From: Candidatus Gorgyraea atricola
Lineage (GTDB): Bacteria > Omnitrophota > Gorgyraeia > Gorgyraeales > Gorgyraeaceae
Assembly (NCBI GenBank): GCA_030765235.1
Contig: JAVCCW010000029.1
Location: forward strand, 219,499 to 283,498
Direction of reading: 5' to 3'
Length of the DNA stretch: 64,000 nucleotides
In this document: in pieces, positions 49,127 to 59,364 of the stretch
How positions within the stretch are numbered: the first letter of the stretch is position 1
Layout: each line of letters begins with the position of its first letter
Notes under the pieces: generated by a model
Seen by the model: the letters and a program-made list of their open reading frames with translations, nothing else
Databases searched by the model: none
Told to the model about the DNA's origin: nothing
Translations under genes and position numbers: made by a program

Positions 49127-51031
49127 ATGTGCGGGATCTGTGGAATAGCTAATATATCGGATATCTCAAGAAAGATAGAAGCGTCTCATATCAGGCTGAT
49201 GTGCGATACATTGATCCACAGGGGTCCGGATGAAGATGGCGCGTATATTGACAACCATGTCGGTTTGGGCATAAGGCGCCTGCGGGTTATAGATTTAAAA
49301 ACCGGCAGCCAGCCGATATTTAATGAGAATAAGAGCATATGTGTAGTTAATAACGGAGAGATATATAATTTTAAAGAACTAAGGGAAAGGCTGCGCGCCA
49401 AAGGTCATGTCTTTTCTACAAATTCCGATGCAGAGGTCATAGTCCATTTATACGAGGAGGATGAAAATAGATTCATCGAGAATCTTGACGGCATGTTTGC
49501 CTTTGCCTTGTGGGATAAAAGGAACAGGAAGCTGGTAGTTGCGAGGGATAGGCTTGGGGTCAAGCCTTTGTATTATACGGTATCGGATTCAAGACTTTTA
49601 TTCGCGTCTGAGGTAAAGGCAATCATCGGCATAGAGGAAATAAGTCGGGATATCAATATGCAGGCCTTGGATTATTATCTTTCGCTGAATTATATTCCTT
49701 CGCCATTGACCATGTTCAAAGACATCTATAAACTGCCTCCGGCCAGCTTTCTTACACTGCATAAAGGCAGGGTCAACATCTCTAAATACTGGGATATAAC
49801 ATATAAAAAGGATTCCGGCAATGGCGTAAAGAAAGAGGGGTATTATTGCGAGGCGATATTGGGACTACTGGAAGAGGCTGTTAAGAAGAGGCTGGTGAGC
49901 GATGTCCCTCTCGGATTCTTTTTAAGTGGCGGGATAGATTCAAGCGCTATTGTGGCGTTGGCGAGCCGTTTTAATAAACCGATCAAGACTTTCTCCATAG
50001 CTTTTAAGGAAGGGTCTTTTGATGAATCGCGTTACGCGAGATCAGTGTCTGAAAGGTTTGGTACAGAACATCATGATTTTACAGTTTTGCCTAAAATAGA
50101 AGATATATTAGAAAAGGTCGTGTGGCATATGGATGAGCCTTGCGCGGATTCTTCGGCGATCCCAGTATATTATTTGTCGAAAATGGCGCGCGAACAGGTT
50201 ACAGTAGCCTTGTCAGGAGACGGAGGGGATGAATTATTCGGAGGATATCATTCTTACAATGCTTATAAAGCTGCAAGGATCTATAGAAAGACACCAGGTT
50301 TTCTTAAGTATGCCATTAAAAATGCCATAAAAAGAATACCTGTCTCATATTCGAAAGTGAGCATGGATTATATGGCTAAAAGGTTTGTAGATGGAGTCGA
50401 TCTGGATCCGTTAAGAGCGCATCTTTGGTGGACAGGTTCATTCAGTGAAACAGAAAAAGACTGTTTATACTCTAGGAACATAACTGGCCGCTTAAAAGGC
50501 TCAGGTAATTTTCAAATATTCAGAGATCATTATGAAAGAGAAGGCGCGAATGATGAATTAACCAGGCTTCTTTACCTTGATTTAAAGACATATTTGAGTG
50601 ATGATATCCTGGTAAAAGTAGACAGGATGAGCATGGCCAATTCTTTAGAAGTAAGGTCTCCTTTTCTGGATTTTAAATTAGCGGAGTTCGTATCTAATAT
50701 CCCTGTCCAATTTAAAATACGCGGGTTTGAAAAAAAATATATATTAAAAAAAGCCGTTTCTAAGATCCTTCCTGGGTCAGTTGTCAATCGTGGCAAAAAA
50801 GGCTTTAGTATCCCGGCTGGCCTCTGGATCAGAACGCACCTGAAAGAAATGACCATGGATTTATTGAATACCGGAAAGATAAAAGAACAGGGATTTTTTA
50901 ATCCGGCATTTGTATCAAAATTATTAGATAGGCATATCAGAGGAGAAGAGGATAATGGTCATCGCATCTGGGGATTGTTAGTTTTTTCTATATGGCATGA
51001 AACATTTATCAAAAGAAAGGTAAAGGTATAA
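49127..51031 (+). CDS. Asparagine synthetase (glutamine-hydrolysing) family amidotransferase, second paralogue
   Basis: MCGICGI N-terminus and FLSGGIDSS PP-loop. Confidence 0.85.
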   Translation: MCGICGIANISDISRKIEASHIRLMCDTLIHRGPDEDGAYIDNHVGLGIRRLRVIDLKTGSQPIFNENKSICVVNNGEIYNFKELRERLRAKGHVFSTNSDAEVIVHLYEEDENRFIENLDGMFAFALWDKRNRKLVVARDRLGVKPLYYTVSDSRLLFASEVKAIIGIEEISRDINMQALDYYLSLNYIPSPLTMFKDIYKLPPASFLTLHKGRVNISKYWDITYKKDSGNGVKKEGYYCEAILGLLEEAVKKRLVSDVPLGFFLSGGIDSSAIVALASRFNKPIKTFSIAFKEGSFDESRYARSVSERFGTEHHDFTVLPKIEDILEKVVWHMDEPCADSSAIPVYYLSKMAREQVTVALSGDGGDELFGGYHSYNAYKAARIYRKTPGFLKYAIKNAIKRIPVSYSKVSMDYMAKRFVDGVDLDPLRAHLWWTGSFSETEKDCLYSRNITGRLKGSGNFQIFRDHYEREGANDELTRLLYLDLKTYLSDDILVKVDRMSMANSLEVRSPFLDFKLAEFVSNIPVQFKIRGFEKKYILKKAVSKILPGSVVNRGKKGFSIPAGLWIRTHLKEMTMDLLNTGKIKEQGFFNPAFVSKLLDRHIRGEEDNGHRIWGLLVFSIWHETFIKRKVKV

Positions 51032-51035
51032 AAAT

Positions 51036-51995
51036 ATGGATATGAAAAAACCTTATCTAAGCGTTATAGTGCCTCTTTTTAATGAAGAGCACCATATAGC
51101 ATTGCTTTACAATAAGTTAAAGGAAGTCATTTCTAGATCAGGGATAATTTATGAATTAATATTTATAGATGATGGCAGCATAGACAAGACTTTTGATTTG
51201 GTCATGGAGTTACATAAAAAGGATAAGGATGTAAGGGTCATAAGGTTCTCTAAAAATTTCGGCCAGACGCTGGCATTGTCAGCCGGGTTTGATTCCGCGA
51301 ACGGAGAAGTTATAATAGCTATGGATGGGGATATGCAGCACGACCCGGAGGATATACCTTTATTTTTAAGCAAAATAGAAGAAGGATACGATGTAGTCAG
51401 CGGATGGAGAGAAAACAGGGTAGATGCCTTTTGGTCAAGAAGGCTTCCGTCTATGGTAGCGAATAAAATAATCTCCTGGATCTCCGGGGTAAAATTGCAT
51501 GATTTTGGGACAACATTCAAGGCTTATAAAAGCCATACTATAAAGAACTTGGATCTTTTCAGTGAATTACATAGGTTTATACCTGCTTTAGTCAGCGTAC
51601 AGGGGATCTCTATGACAGAGGTGCCTATTAAAAACACAGCCAGGAAACACGGGAAATCTAAATATAACCTTTTTCGTGTTTTCAAGGTCCTGCTTGATTT
51701 TGTGGTTGTTAAATATCTGATCAGTTTTATTAATTCCCCTTTAAAGATATTCGGTTCTTTGGGCTTGTTCATGTCTATGGCAGGCATATTCATAGACATT
51801 ATTTTAATCGGCCTGTTTCTCTTAGGAAAGATCGCCAATGTCAGGGATCACGGTGGGCTGCTGTTATTGTCGGTTCTATTGGTGGTAGTCGGAGTGCAAT
51901 TTATAACAGTGGCTGTCATAGCGGAGATAAGCGCCAAGATCTACCATGAGGTAAAAGGCCGGAAGGGATATGCGATAAAATTTAGAACAGATTAA
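51036..51995 (+). CDS. Polyprenyl-phosphate glycosyltransferase (GT2, GtrB/ArnC/Dpm1-like with C-terminal TM helices)
   Basis: LSVIVPLFNEE...IFIDDGSID...AMDGDMQHDPEDIP. The two C-terminal hydrophobic helices are characteristic of GtrB/ArnC. Confidence 0.8.
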   Translation: MDMKKPYLSVIVPLFNEEHHIALLYNKLKEVISRSGIIYELIFIDDGSIDKTFDLVMELHKKDKDVRVIRFSKNFGQTLALSAGFDSANGEVIIAMDGDMQHDPEDIPLFLSKIEEGYDVVSGWRENRVDAFWSRRLPSMVANKIISWISGVKLHDFGTTFKAYKSHTIKNLDLFSELHRFIPALVSVQGISMTEVPIKNTARKHGKSKYNLFRVFKVLLDFVVVKYLISFINSPLKIFGSLGLFMSMAGIFIDIILIGLFLLGKIANVRDHGGLLLLSVLLVVVGVQFITVAVIAEISAKIYHEVKGRKGYAIKFRTD

Positions 51996-52103
51996 TCTAT
52001 TAGTGTTTTAGTAGTATAAGATTTATATATGAAAAATATTGCATTTATTATATAATTATAGCTTAAAATAGATATAGTCTTTCAGAGAGAGGACGTTTTA
52101 TAG
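51996..52103. promoter_or_regulatory. AT-rich 108-bp intergenic gap, candidate promoter for the downstream operon
   Basis: Contains TTGCAT and TATAAT-like hexamers but with non-canonical spacing. No hairpin was seen. Confidence 0.25.
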
Positions 52104-53948
52104 ATGCTTAAAAATGAGAACATAATCTGCATATCCAGCATTGACTGGGATTTTATATGGCAGGGTCATCAAGAGATAATGTCTACCCTGGCAGAAAAGG
52201 GGAATCGTGTGCTCTTTATAGAAAATACAGGAGTGCGTACGCCAGGCATAAAAGATCTCTCCCGTATAAAGAGCAGGATCAGGAACTGGCTCAGGGGCGT
52301 AAAGGGTATACGCAAAGAAAGGGAAAATTTATACATATTCTCTCCTTTGGTCCTGCCGTTTCCTTATTCAAGGGTTGCGAGATGGATCAACAGGTATTTG
52401 ATATTGGCTGTGCTGGAGAAATGGATGAAAGCGGTAGATTTCAGCGATCCTATTGTCTGGACATTTTTGCCTGCGCCTCTAAGCATGGATATAGCCGATA
52501 GTTTGATGAAGAAACTTATAGTCTATTATTGCATAGACAATTTTTCCGGCAGTTCTCTATCGGCAAAGAAGATAGGAAAGTCAGAAGAAAGCCTGCTTAA
52601 GAGGTCTGACCTGGTTTTTGTGACATCAGAAGAGCTTTACAATAAATGCGCCAGGCATAACAGCAATGTCTATAAATTTCCTTTTGCCGTAAGTTTTGAA
52701 AAATTCGAAAAAGCAAGGCTGGGAAACACTGAGATCCCCGAGGAGTTAAAAAATATCAAACAGCCGATAGTCGGCTATGTGGGAGGAGTGCATAAATGGG
52801 TAGATCAGGGATTGATCAATGAATTAGCAAAGAAACATACTGACTATTCTTTTGTTTTTGTCGGTCCGATCCAAACCAAAGTATCCGAGCTCCTGAAACT
52901 TAAAAACGTTCATTTTTTAGGCAAAAAAGAACATGAAAGACTGCCTTTATTCATAAAATATTTCAATGTATGCATCATTCCTTATCTTATTACGGATTAC
53001 ACCAGAAATGTTTATCCTACAAAGTTAAATGAGTATCTTGCTCTGGGCAAAGCGGTCATATCGACACCTTTGCCGGAAATAGAATTATTTAATAAGGAAT
53101 ATGAGGATATTGTATGTATAGCCGAAGATGCCAATGCCTTTAGTGGGCACATAGAAAGGACTGTTAGGGAAAATGAACCTTCTTTGGTAAGCAGGAGAAT
53201 AGAAACAGCGCGGGATAATAGCTGGGAGAGCCGAATAGAGAAAATGAGCTCTACAATAGAAAAAGAGCTCGAAAGAAAAAAAATAGACAGGGAAAAAAGA
53301 TGGAAGGAAAATCTCCTTATTTTTTATAAGACAGCAAGAAAAAAGGCCGTCCGTTTCGGAATAATATGCCTTTCAGTATATCTTTTACTGTTCAAAACGC
53401 CTTTTATATGGTTTGCAGCCGAGCCTTTGAAGATCTCAGATGCCCCGCGTAAGGCAGACACTATTCTCGTATTTGGAGGAGGCGTGGGCGAGACAGGTGG
53501 GCCAGGCAGGAGTACCATAGAGAGGGCAAGATACGCCGCAGAACTCTATCTAAAAGGTTATTCCGGCAAAATAATATTCTCATCAGGATATACATATATT
53601 TACAACGATGCCGAAAACATGAGACTTATGGCTGTTTCTATGGGGGTAGACGAAAGAGATATTATTTTAGAACAAAAAGCAAATAGCACTTATGAAAATG
53701 TAATATTTTCAAAGGAGATTTTAGATAAAAATAATTGGCATTCAGTATTATTGGTTTCTTCGCCGTATAACATGCGCCGCGCTGATTTAGTATTCGATAA
53801 GCATGCTGGGGGCGTAAATATGTTTTGTGTGCCGGTTGAAAAAAGCCAGTTTTATGACAGGACTTTTGGTATAAAGGTAGGGCAGATAAGAGCGATCGTG
53901 CATGAGTATATCGGCATTATATATTATTTATTAAGAGGATATGCGTAA
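52104..53948 (+). CDS. Fusion: GT4 glycosyltransferase + C-terminal DUF218 (YdcF/ElyC/SanA-like) domain
   Basis: N-terminal GT-B features, and C-terminal ADTILVFGGGVGETGGPGRSTIERARYAAELY...VLLVSSPYNMRRA typical of DUF218. Confidence 0.65.
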   Translation: MLKNENIICISSIDWDFIWQGHQEIMSTLAEKGNRVLFIENTGVRTPGIKDLSRIKSRIRNWLRGVKGIRKERENLYIFSPLVLPFPYSRVARWINRYLILAVLEKWMKAVDFSDPIVWTFLPAPLSMDIADSLMKKLIVYYCIDNFSGSSLSAKKIGKSEESLLKRSDLVFVTSEELYNKCARHNSNVYKFPFAVSFEKFEKARLGNTEIPEELKNIKQPIVGYVGGVHKWVDQGLINELAKKHTDYSFVFVGPIQTKVSELLKLKNVHFLGKKEHERLPLFIKYFNVCIIPYLITDYTRNVYPTKLNEYLALGKAVISTPLPEIELFNKEYEDIVCIAEDANAFSGHIERTVRENEPSLVSRRIETARDNSWESRIEKMSSTIEKELERKKIDREKRWKENLLIFYKTARKKAVRFGIICLSVYLLLFKTPFIWFAAEPLKISDAPRKADTILVFGGGVGETGGPGRSTIERARYAAELYLKGYSGKIIFSSGYTYIYNDAENMRLMAVSMGVDERDIILEQKANSTYENVIFSKEILDKNNWHSVLLVSSPYNMRRADLVFDKHAGGVNMFCVPVEKSQFYDRTFGIKVGQIRAIVHEYIGIIYYLLRGYA

Positions 53949-53956
53949 ATTGAGAT

Positions 53957-55186
53957 ATGAAAAGCATTAAAGTTAGGAATATTCTGTTTATAATATTTAT
54001 TCTTGCGCTAGCTCTGAGATTATTCGCCGTTGCTACGTATCAAGAGTCAGGTAAACCGCTTTATGCAGATGCCAGGGTTTATGATAATTTGGCGGTAAAC
54101 ATAATGTCCGGTCATGGCTTTACGCAAGTCGTTGATGGGCCAAGAGTTCCTACGTCCAATAGGATGCCTATGTACCCGTTATTTTTAGCAGGTGTTTATT
54201 CTGTCTGTGGACATAGTTATTTGGCTGTAAGAATAATACAGGCTATTTTAGGCGCCTTGTTTTGTGTCGTGATATTTTTTATTACCAATATTATCTATAA
54301 TGATATAAAATCCGGCATCTTGGCTGCTTTGATGGCGGTTTTTTATAAGCCTTTTGTTTCAGGTTTTCTCTATTATGGCGGCCCTGCTTCAATTCTTTCG
54401 GAATATTTTTATATTTTTATACTTGGCGTTAGTATTTTATTTTTACTTTATTTTCTCAAGACAGAAAAGAAAGTTTTTGCGGTATTATCAGGTATTTTTG
54501 TAGGACTAACAATATTAACCAGGCCGGAATTCGCGTTATACCCGGTTGTTTTGTTTCTGTATTTAGTTTTTTCATGCAGGTTTAATATGAAAGTTTTTTT
54601 TAGAAAGTTTTTTATGATGTATGTTTTTATAGCATTGGTTTTGGCTCCATGGGTGACTAGGAATTATCTTGTTCAGGGTAAATTTATTCCACTAACTACC
54701 GTAAGTGGTTTTGCATTTTGGATGGGGAATAATTCTGTTGCGAGTGGCGGATGGGCCTATCCTCAACACTATTCTAAAGTCATGGATGAAATAAAGAATA
54801 TCTCCGAGTACGAGAAGAACAGGATATATTTTAAGCAAGGGATCGAGGAGTTAAAAAGAGATAAGAAGAGAATACCAGGCTTATTCTTTAAAAAAGCAAT
54901 AGTGCACTGGGCGCCTTTTGAAAAAGGATTAAAGGTGTTCAATCCTTTTTACGCATTCGTGCTTTTCTTCGGAGTTATCGGAATTTTATTTTTTAGAAAA
55001 CATGGTATCATGGAAGATATCGTGTTGATGATTTTTGCGGTCACGACACTGACAGCAATTATTATATGGGGAGATCCGAGGTACAGGTATCCTTATGAAT
55101 CTTATTTGATTATTTTTGCTGCCGTTGCAATAACTAAAATCTATAGCATGATAAAAAGAAAGGTCTTGGCTTATGGAAAAGGATAA
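53957..55186 (+). CDS. GT-C fold membrane glycosyltransferase (ArnT/PMT/GT39-83-like)
   Basis: ILALALRLFAV...GHSYLAVRIIQAILGALFCVVIF. Paralogous to ORF 59365, which shares GHSYLAVRIIQSILGALTCVFIY. Confidence 0.6.
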   Translation: MKSIKVRNILFIIFILALALRLFAVATYQESGKPLYADARVYDNLAVNIMSGHGFTQVVDGPRVPTSNRMPMYPLFLAGVYSVCGHSYLAVRIIQAILGALFCVVIFFITNIIYNDIKSGILAALMAVFYKPFVSGFLYYGGPASILSEYFYIFILGVSILFLLYFLKTEKKVFAVLSGIFVGLTILTRPEFALYPVVLFLYLVFSCRFNMKVFFRKFFMMYVFIALVLAPWVTRNYLVQGKFIPLTTVSGFAFWMGNNSVASGGWAYPQHYSKVMDEIKNISEYEKNRIYFKQGIEELKRDKKRIPGLFFKKAIVHWAPFEKGLKVFNPFYAFVLFFGVIGILFFRKHGIMEDIVLMIFAVTTLTAIIIWGDPRYRYPYESYLIIFAAVAITKIYSMIKRKVLAYGKG

Positions 55187-55871
55187 AAATAAAACCTGCG
55201 CTATCTCGTTGGTAATGCCTGCTAAAAACGAAGAAGAAGGAATAGCTGAACTTGTGGATTCATCAAGAAATTTTGTGGATGAGATCATAGTTGTAGATGG
55301 GCATTCAAGCGACAAAACAGCAGAGCGCGCTTCTTCTAAAGGAGCAAAGGTCGTTTTTGATAATAAAAAAGGTAAGGGGGATGCATATAAGGTAGGCATA
55401 CAAGAGGCAAGCGGGAATATAATTGTCTTTATGGATGCAGATGGGTCGCATGATCCGGCGCAAATCCCTGCATTAATAGAGCCTTTATTGAAGGATGAGG
55501 CAGATTTTGTAATAGGGTCAAGACATAAGGGCGGAAGCGACGAATGGAAGGGGGACCTTGACACGTATTTACGTAGTGTAGGCGGTGGATTTTTAACATT
55601 AGTGATTAATTATATATGGAAAACAAATCTTACAGAATGCCTTAATGGGTTCAGGGCTATAAAAAGAGATGTTGGGTTGAAGCTTGACTTAAAGGCTGAT
55701 GATTTTGATATTGAGCAGCACATGATAGTCCAATGCCTTAAGAAAAAATTTAGAGTAACAGAGGTAAATTCTCACGAATATGAAAGAAAATGGGGTGTCT
55801 CCAAATTGCCTACTTGCAGAAAAGCGCATTTATTTTTCTGGAGGTTGTTTTTGGATATTTTTAATTTATGA
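55173..55871 (+). CDS. Family 2 glycosyltransferase (Dpm1/GtrB-like catalytic domain, no TM tail)
   Basis: ISLVMPAKNEEEGI...VVDGHSSD...FMDADGSHDP. Confidence 0.7.
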   Translation: MEKDKNKTCAISLVMPAKNEEEGIAELVDSSRNFVDEIIVVDGHSSDKTAERASSKGAKVVFDNKKGKGDAYKVGIQEASGNIIVFMDADGSHDPAQIPALIEPLLKDEADFVIGSRHKGGSDEWKGDLDTYLRSVGGGFLTLVINYIWKTNLTECLNGFRAIKRDVGLKLDLKADDFDIEQHMIVQCLKKKFRVTEVNSHEYERKWGVSKLPTCRKAHLFFWRLFLDIFNL

Positions 55872-55886
55872 CAGGTTAGGTGAAAA

Positions 55887-57299
55887 TTGAAAATATTGCT
55901 TTGTACCGCAACAAGAGAAAGTAATCCTGCTTCAATAAAGGCTATTGATGAGGTGTTTACTGTTTCAGAGTCGCTAGGGATAGCTTATATAGCCGCAGTT
56001 TTAATACAAAATGGTTATGATGTCGAGGTATTGGATTGTCTTGCGGAAGGATATGATAGCGGCGCATTTCAAGCATTCTTGCTGCAAAAGAAATATGATG
56101 TTATAGGTATAAGCACATATACACCCGACTGGTATATAACAAAGAAAAATCTTTCAATGATTAAGAGGCTGCAACCTGACTCAATTACAGTTATAGGCGG
56201 CCCGCATGTAAACTCTATGGTAAGTGGAGGCTTGGGTAAATATTTATTTAGCGATAGCGATTTTTTCGATTTCGCTGTTTATGGCGAAGGCGAGCAGACG
56301 TTCTTAGATATAGTTAGAGCAGTAGCAGATAAGAAAGACATAAATAACATTGATGGAGTTCTCTGGAAAAATAGTAACGGGCAAGGCCATATAAATTTGC
56401 CGCGGAAGCTGATAAAGGATATAGACACAATACCTTTTCCTGCTTTAGAATGCCTTCCCCTGTCTAAATATAAAAGGACACCTTCAAGCTATAAAAGACC
56501 ACCGGTGAGATCTATATTGACAACAAGAGGATGTCCATATTCATGCATCTTTTGCGATCGGGGCGCTTTCGGCTCTTTCGTAAGGCAAAGGTCTATAGAA
56601 AACGTAATGCGTGAAGTTGATAGATTGGTAAAAGAATTTAAAACAAAAGAATTAAGGATTTGGGATGATGTTTTTACCATGAACGAAAAAGTTACAACAG
56701 GAATCTGCGATGAATTAAAAAGGTATGATTTGGTCTGGAGTTGTAATGGCAGAGTTAATATGATTACCCCTAACATGCTCAAACATATGAAATCTGCAGG
56801 TTGCTGGTCAGTAGATTTTGGCATAGAGAGTGGCAGTAATAAAATACTAAAATTAATCAATAAAAAATTTACTATTCAAAAGGCATCCGAAGCTATAAAA
56901 ATGGTAAAGAAAGCGGGAATGGAGGTAAGGGCATTTTTTATTTTAGGGCTTCCCGAAGAAACAATAGAAACTGTCCAGGATACCATTGATTTTGCACTTT
57001 CAAGTGATATTGATTACGCGACATTCTATCTGCCCCAGGCTTATCCCGGTACAAGGCTATATGAAATAGCCAAAAAAGAAAATGCGTTAGAAACAGATTA
57101 TTCAAAATATCTTATTACAGGAAAAGAAGCTTCTTATGTAAATAAAAACATCGGTCTAAAAAATATACAGCTTTTTCAAAGAAAGGCCTACGCGTCCTTT
57201 TACAAGCGCCCTTCTTATATAGCAAAAAGAATATTGAAGATCAGGAGCTTTGAGGACATCAAGAGATATTTGAGCGCCATATCAATTTTTAAGATCTAA
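55887..57299 (+). CDS. B12-binding radical SAM enzyme (class B), second paralogue
   Basis: MKILLCTA N-terminus with B12-binding-like domain, and radical SAM motif TTRGCPYSCIFC. TTG start at 55887 (a purine-rich GGTGA lies only about 3 nt upstream, a weak/close RBS). There is no downstream in-frame ATG near the conserved N-terminus. Confidence 0.75.
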   Translation: MKILLCTATRESNPASIKAIDEVFTVSESLGIAYIAAVLIQNGYDVEVLDCLAEGYDSGAFQAFLLQKKYDVIGISTYTPDWYITKKNLSMIKRLQPDSITVIGGPHVNSMVSGGLGKYLFSDSDFFDFAVYGEGEQTFLDIVRAVADKKDINNIDGVLWKNSNGQGHINLPRKLIKDIDTIPFPALECLPLSKYKRTPSSYKRPPVRSILTTRGCPYSCIFCDRGAFGSFVRQRSIENVMREVDRLVKEFKTKELRIWDDVFTMNEKVTTGICDELKRYDLVWSCNGRVNMITPNMLKHMKSAGCWSVDFGIESGSNKILKLINKKFTIQKASEAIKMVKKAGMEVRAFFILGLPEETIETVQDTIDFALSSDIDYATFYLPQAYPGTRLYEIAKKENALETDYSKYLITGKEASYVNKNIGLKNIQLFQRKAYASFYKRPSYIAKRILKIRSFEDIKRYLSAISIFKI

Positions 57300-57318
57300 T
57301 TTAAGGTGATTTTTGGAC

Positions 57319-59346
57319 ATGTTATCGGTTATTGTTCCTGTATATAATGATGAGAAATATTTAGCGAAATGCTTGGAGTCTGTATTTAATTCTGATTACC
57401 CGGATTTTGAAGTAATAGTTGTAAACGATAATAGCACAGACGGTTCATTGGATATCGCAAAAAGATTCTCATGTCGGATAATAGATTTAAAAACAAATGA
57501 AGGAGTAGCTACAGCGAGAAATAAAGGCGCGGAATCCGCAAAAGGAGATATTCTTGTTTTCTTTGATTCGGATGTAGTGCTTGAGAGAGACACTCTGTCA
57601 AAGTTCGCAAAAGCCCATAAAAATCCAGATATCAAGATATATCAATGTCAAATATACCATGAGTCATTGACTCCTGGGTTTACTCCCGCAGTCCATGCAG
57701 TGCTTCATAATTATCTATTGAGTTTAATGGGGTCGGAGACTTCATATGTGCAAACGTTTGCTTTCTCAATCAGTAAAGCAGTCTTTTTTGAAATAGGAGG
57801 ATTTAATACTAGTTTTAAGTCGGCAGGAGGGGAAGAATTTGAGATAGGGCAGGTTATTCAACAGCACAATTACAAGATGTTGTTGGATCAGTCATTTCAT
57901 GTACATCATAATTTTGTGAGTTTTCCGAAAAGGTTTAAAAAATTACTTAAAAGAAGCTATGTCTATGTAAGAATCGTCCTTCAGAGAAATTTTAAACTTG
58001 ATAAGGGTTATGGTACTCTAAAGGAAGGCATTAATTCCATGCTTTCTGTGATCGGAATCTTGTCACTTAGTATTTCGTTATTTATGCGTTATGCGCTTTT
58101 ATTATTTTTTGCTACTATATTAATTCAAACCCTTCTTGACCATGGCTTGTATGCTTATAGCGCTAGAAAAAAAGGGATATTTTTTTCAGCCCGTTCGATA
58201 CCTATAATTTACCTTTGGTATTTAGCGATGGGCATGGGTGCTATAAGAGCTGTCCTATCTCACTATCTAACGAAGATATATTCTTGCCTAAAGATGTTCA
58301 ATTTTTTATTTTCTAAAACTCCACCGTATGTAATATTTTTAGTAACGTCTAAATGTAATGCTCGATGCAAACATTGCTTTAATTGGAAAAAAGTGCAAAA
58401 TCAGGAATTACCAAAAGAACTTACCTTAGATGAAATTAAAAAGATATCCGCAGGTTTTGGCATAATAAAATACATGACTTATGGCGGAGGGGAGCCTAGT
58501 TTACGAGAAGACATTGTGAGTGTTACGCAGGTATTTTATGGTAATAATAATTTAGAGAGGTTAAATTTTATTACCAATGGTTTTGCTACAGAGAAGCTTG
58601 TTAATGAGATAGAGGGGATTTTAAGGATTTGCCCGGGATTGCACCTTACAGTCAGTTTTTCAATAGACGGTATCGAAGGGCAGCACGATGAAATAAGAGG
58701 GGTGCCAGGGGGATTTAAAAGATTGTTAAAATCTGTAAATGAAATAAAAAATTTACAAAAATATTATCCTAAGCTGAAGATATTAGCAACAACTGTTTAT
58801 TCCGGACTCAACTCAGATAATATATTCAATATTATAGATTATGTGACAAAGACATTGAAATTAGAAATGGTTCTGGGTTATATTCGCGGCGAGATATTTG
58901 ATAAGGATGCCAAGAAAGTAGATATAGAAACTTACGTTAAGGCAAGCACGATGCTTATGAGGCTGAATACTAAGAATTCAAGAAATATTGATATAATTAG
59001 AGCGATAGACAATGTTTGCTTTAGATTAGTAGCAAAGACAAAGAAAAAAAAAGAGAGACTATTACAGTGTGTAGTTGGAAAAAAACTTATAGAGATAGAT
59101 AGTGACGGTACGATAATTCCTTGCGAGATGTTAGATGTTAATTTTGGCAATATGCGAGATTATGATTACGATATCAAAAGAGTTTTAAAGACAAAGAAAG
59201 CCCTGGATTTCTTTAAATTCTTGAAAAGAAAAGATTGTTATTGTACATGGGAATGCGCTATGAAAAATAATATAATTTACTCTATATCGGAATATCCTGG
59301 TTTGTTTTTCGAATGCCTTAGGCAATTATTGATAAAGGATAAATAG
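57319..59346 (+). CDS. Fusion: GT2 glycosyltransferase + membrane segment + radical SAM (SPASM-like) domain
   Basis: N-terminus LSVIVPVYNDEKYL...VIVVNDNSTD...FDSD (GT2), then a central hydrophobic region. The C-terminal domain has TSKCNARCKHC (CxxxCxxC) and a Cys-rich tail, CEMLD...CYCTWEC. ATG 57319 is 9 nt after TAAGGTGA; TTG 57313 is an alternative start. Confidence 0.7.
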   Translation: MLSVIVPVYNDEKYLAKCLESVFNSDYPDFEVIVVNDNSTDGSLDIAKRFSCRIIDLKTNEGVATARNKGAESAKGDILVFFDSDVVLERDTLSKFAKAHKNPDIKIYQCQIYHESLTPGFTPAVHAVLHNYLLSLMGSETSYVQTFAFSISKAVFFEIGGFNTSFKSAGGEEFEIGQVIQQHNYKMLLDQSFHVHHNFVSFPKRFKKLLKRSYVYVRIVLQRNFKLDKGYGTLKEGINSMLSVIGILSLSISLFMRYALLLFFATILIQTLLDHGLYAYSARKKGIFFSARSIPIIYLWYLAMGMGAIRAVLSHYLTKIYSCLKMFNFLFSKTPPYVIFLVTSKCNARCKHCFNWKKVQNQELPKELTLDEIKKISAGFGIIKYMTYGGGEPSLREDIVSVTQVFYGNNNLERLNFITNGFATEKLVNEIEGILRICPGLHLTVSFSIDGIEGQHDEIRGVPGGFKRLLKSVNEIKNLQKYYPKLKILATTVYSGLNSDNIFNIIDYVTKTLKLEMVLGYIRGEIFDKDAKKVDIETYVKASTMLMRLNTKNSRNIDIIRAIDNVCFRLVAKTKKKKERLLQCVVGKKLIEIDSDGTIIPCEMLDVNFGNMRDYDYDIKRVLKTKKALDFFKFLKRKDCYCTWECAMKNNIIYSISEYPGLFFECLRQLLIKDK

Positions 59347-59364
59347 TTTTTTTCTCAAGTTACA

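Noticed and set aside
52157-52501. 114-aa + strand ORF in an alternative frame inside the GT4-DUF218 gene
   Set aside because: It overlaps the well-supported frame of ORF 52104-53948. Its composition is Arg/Gly-rich, typical of an off-frame read through a coding region.
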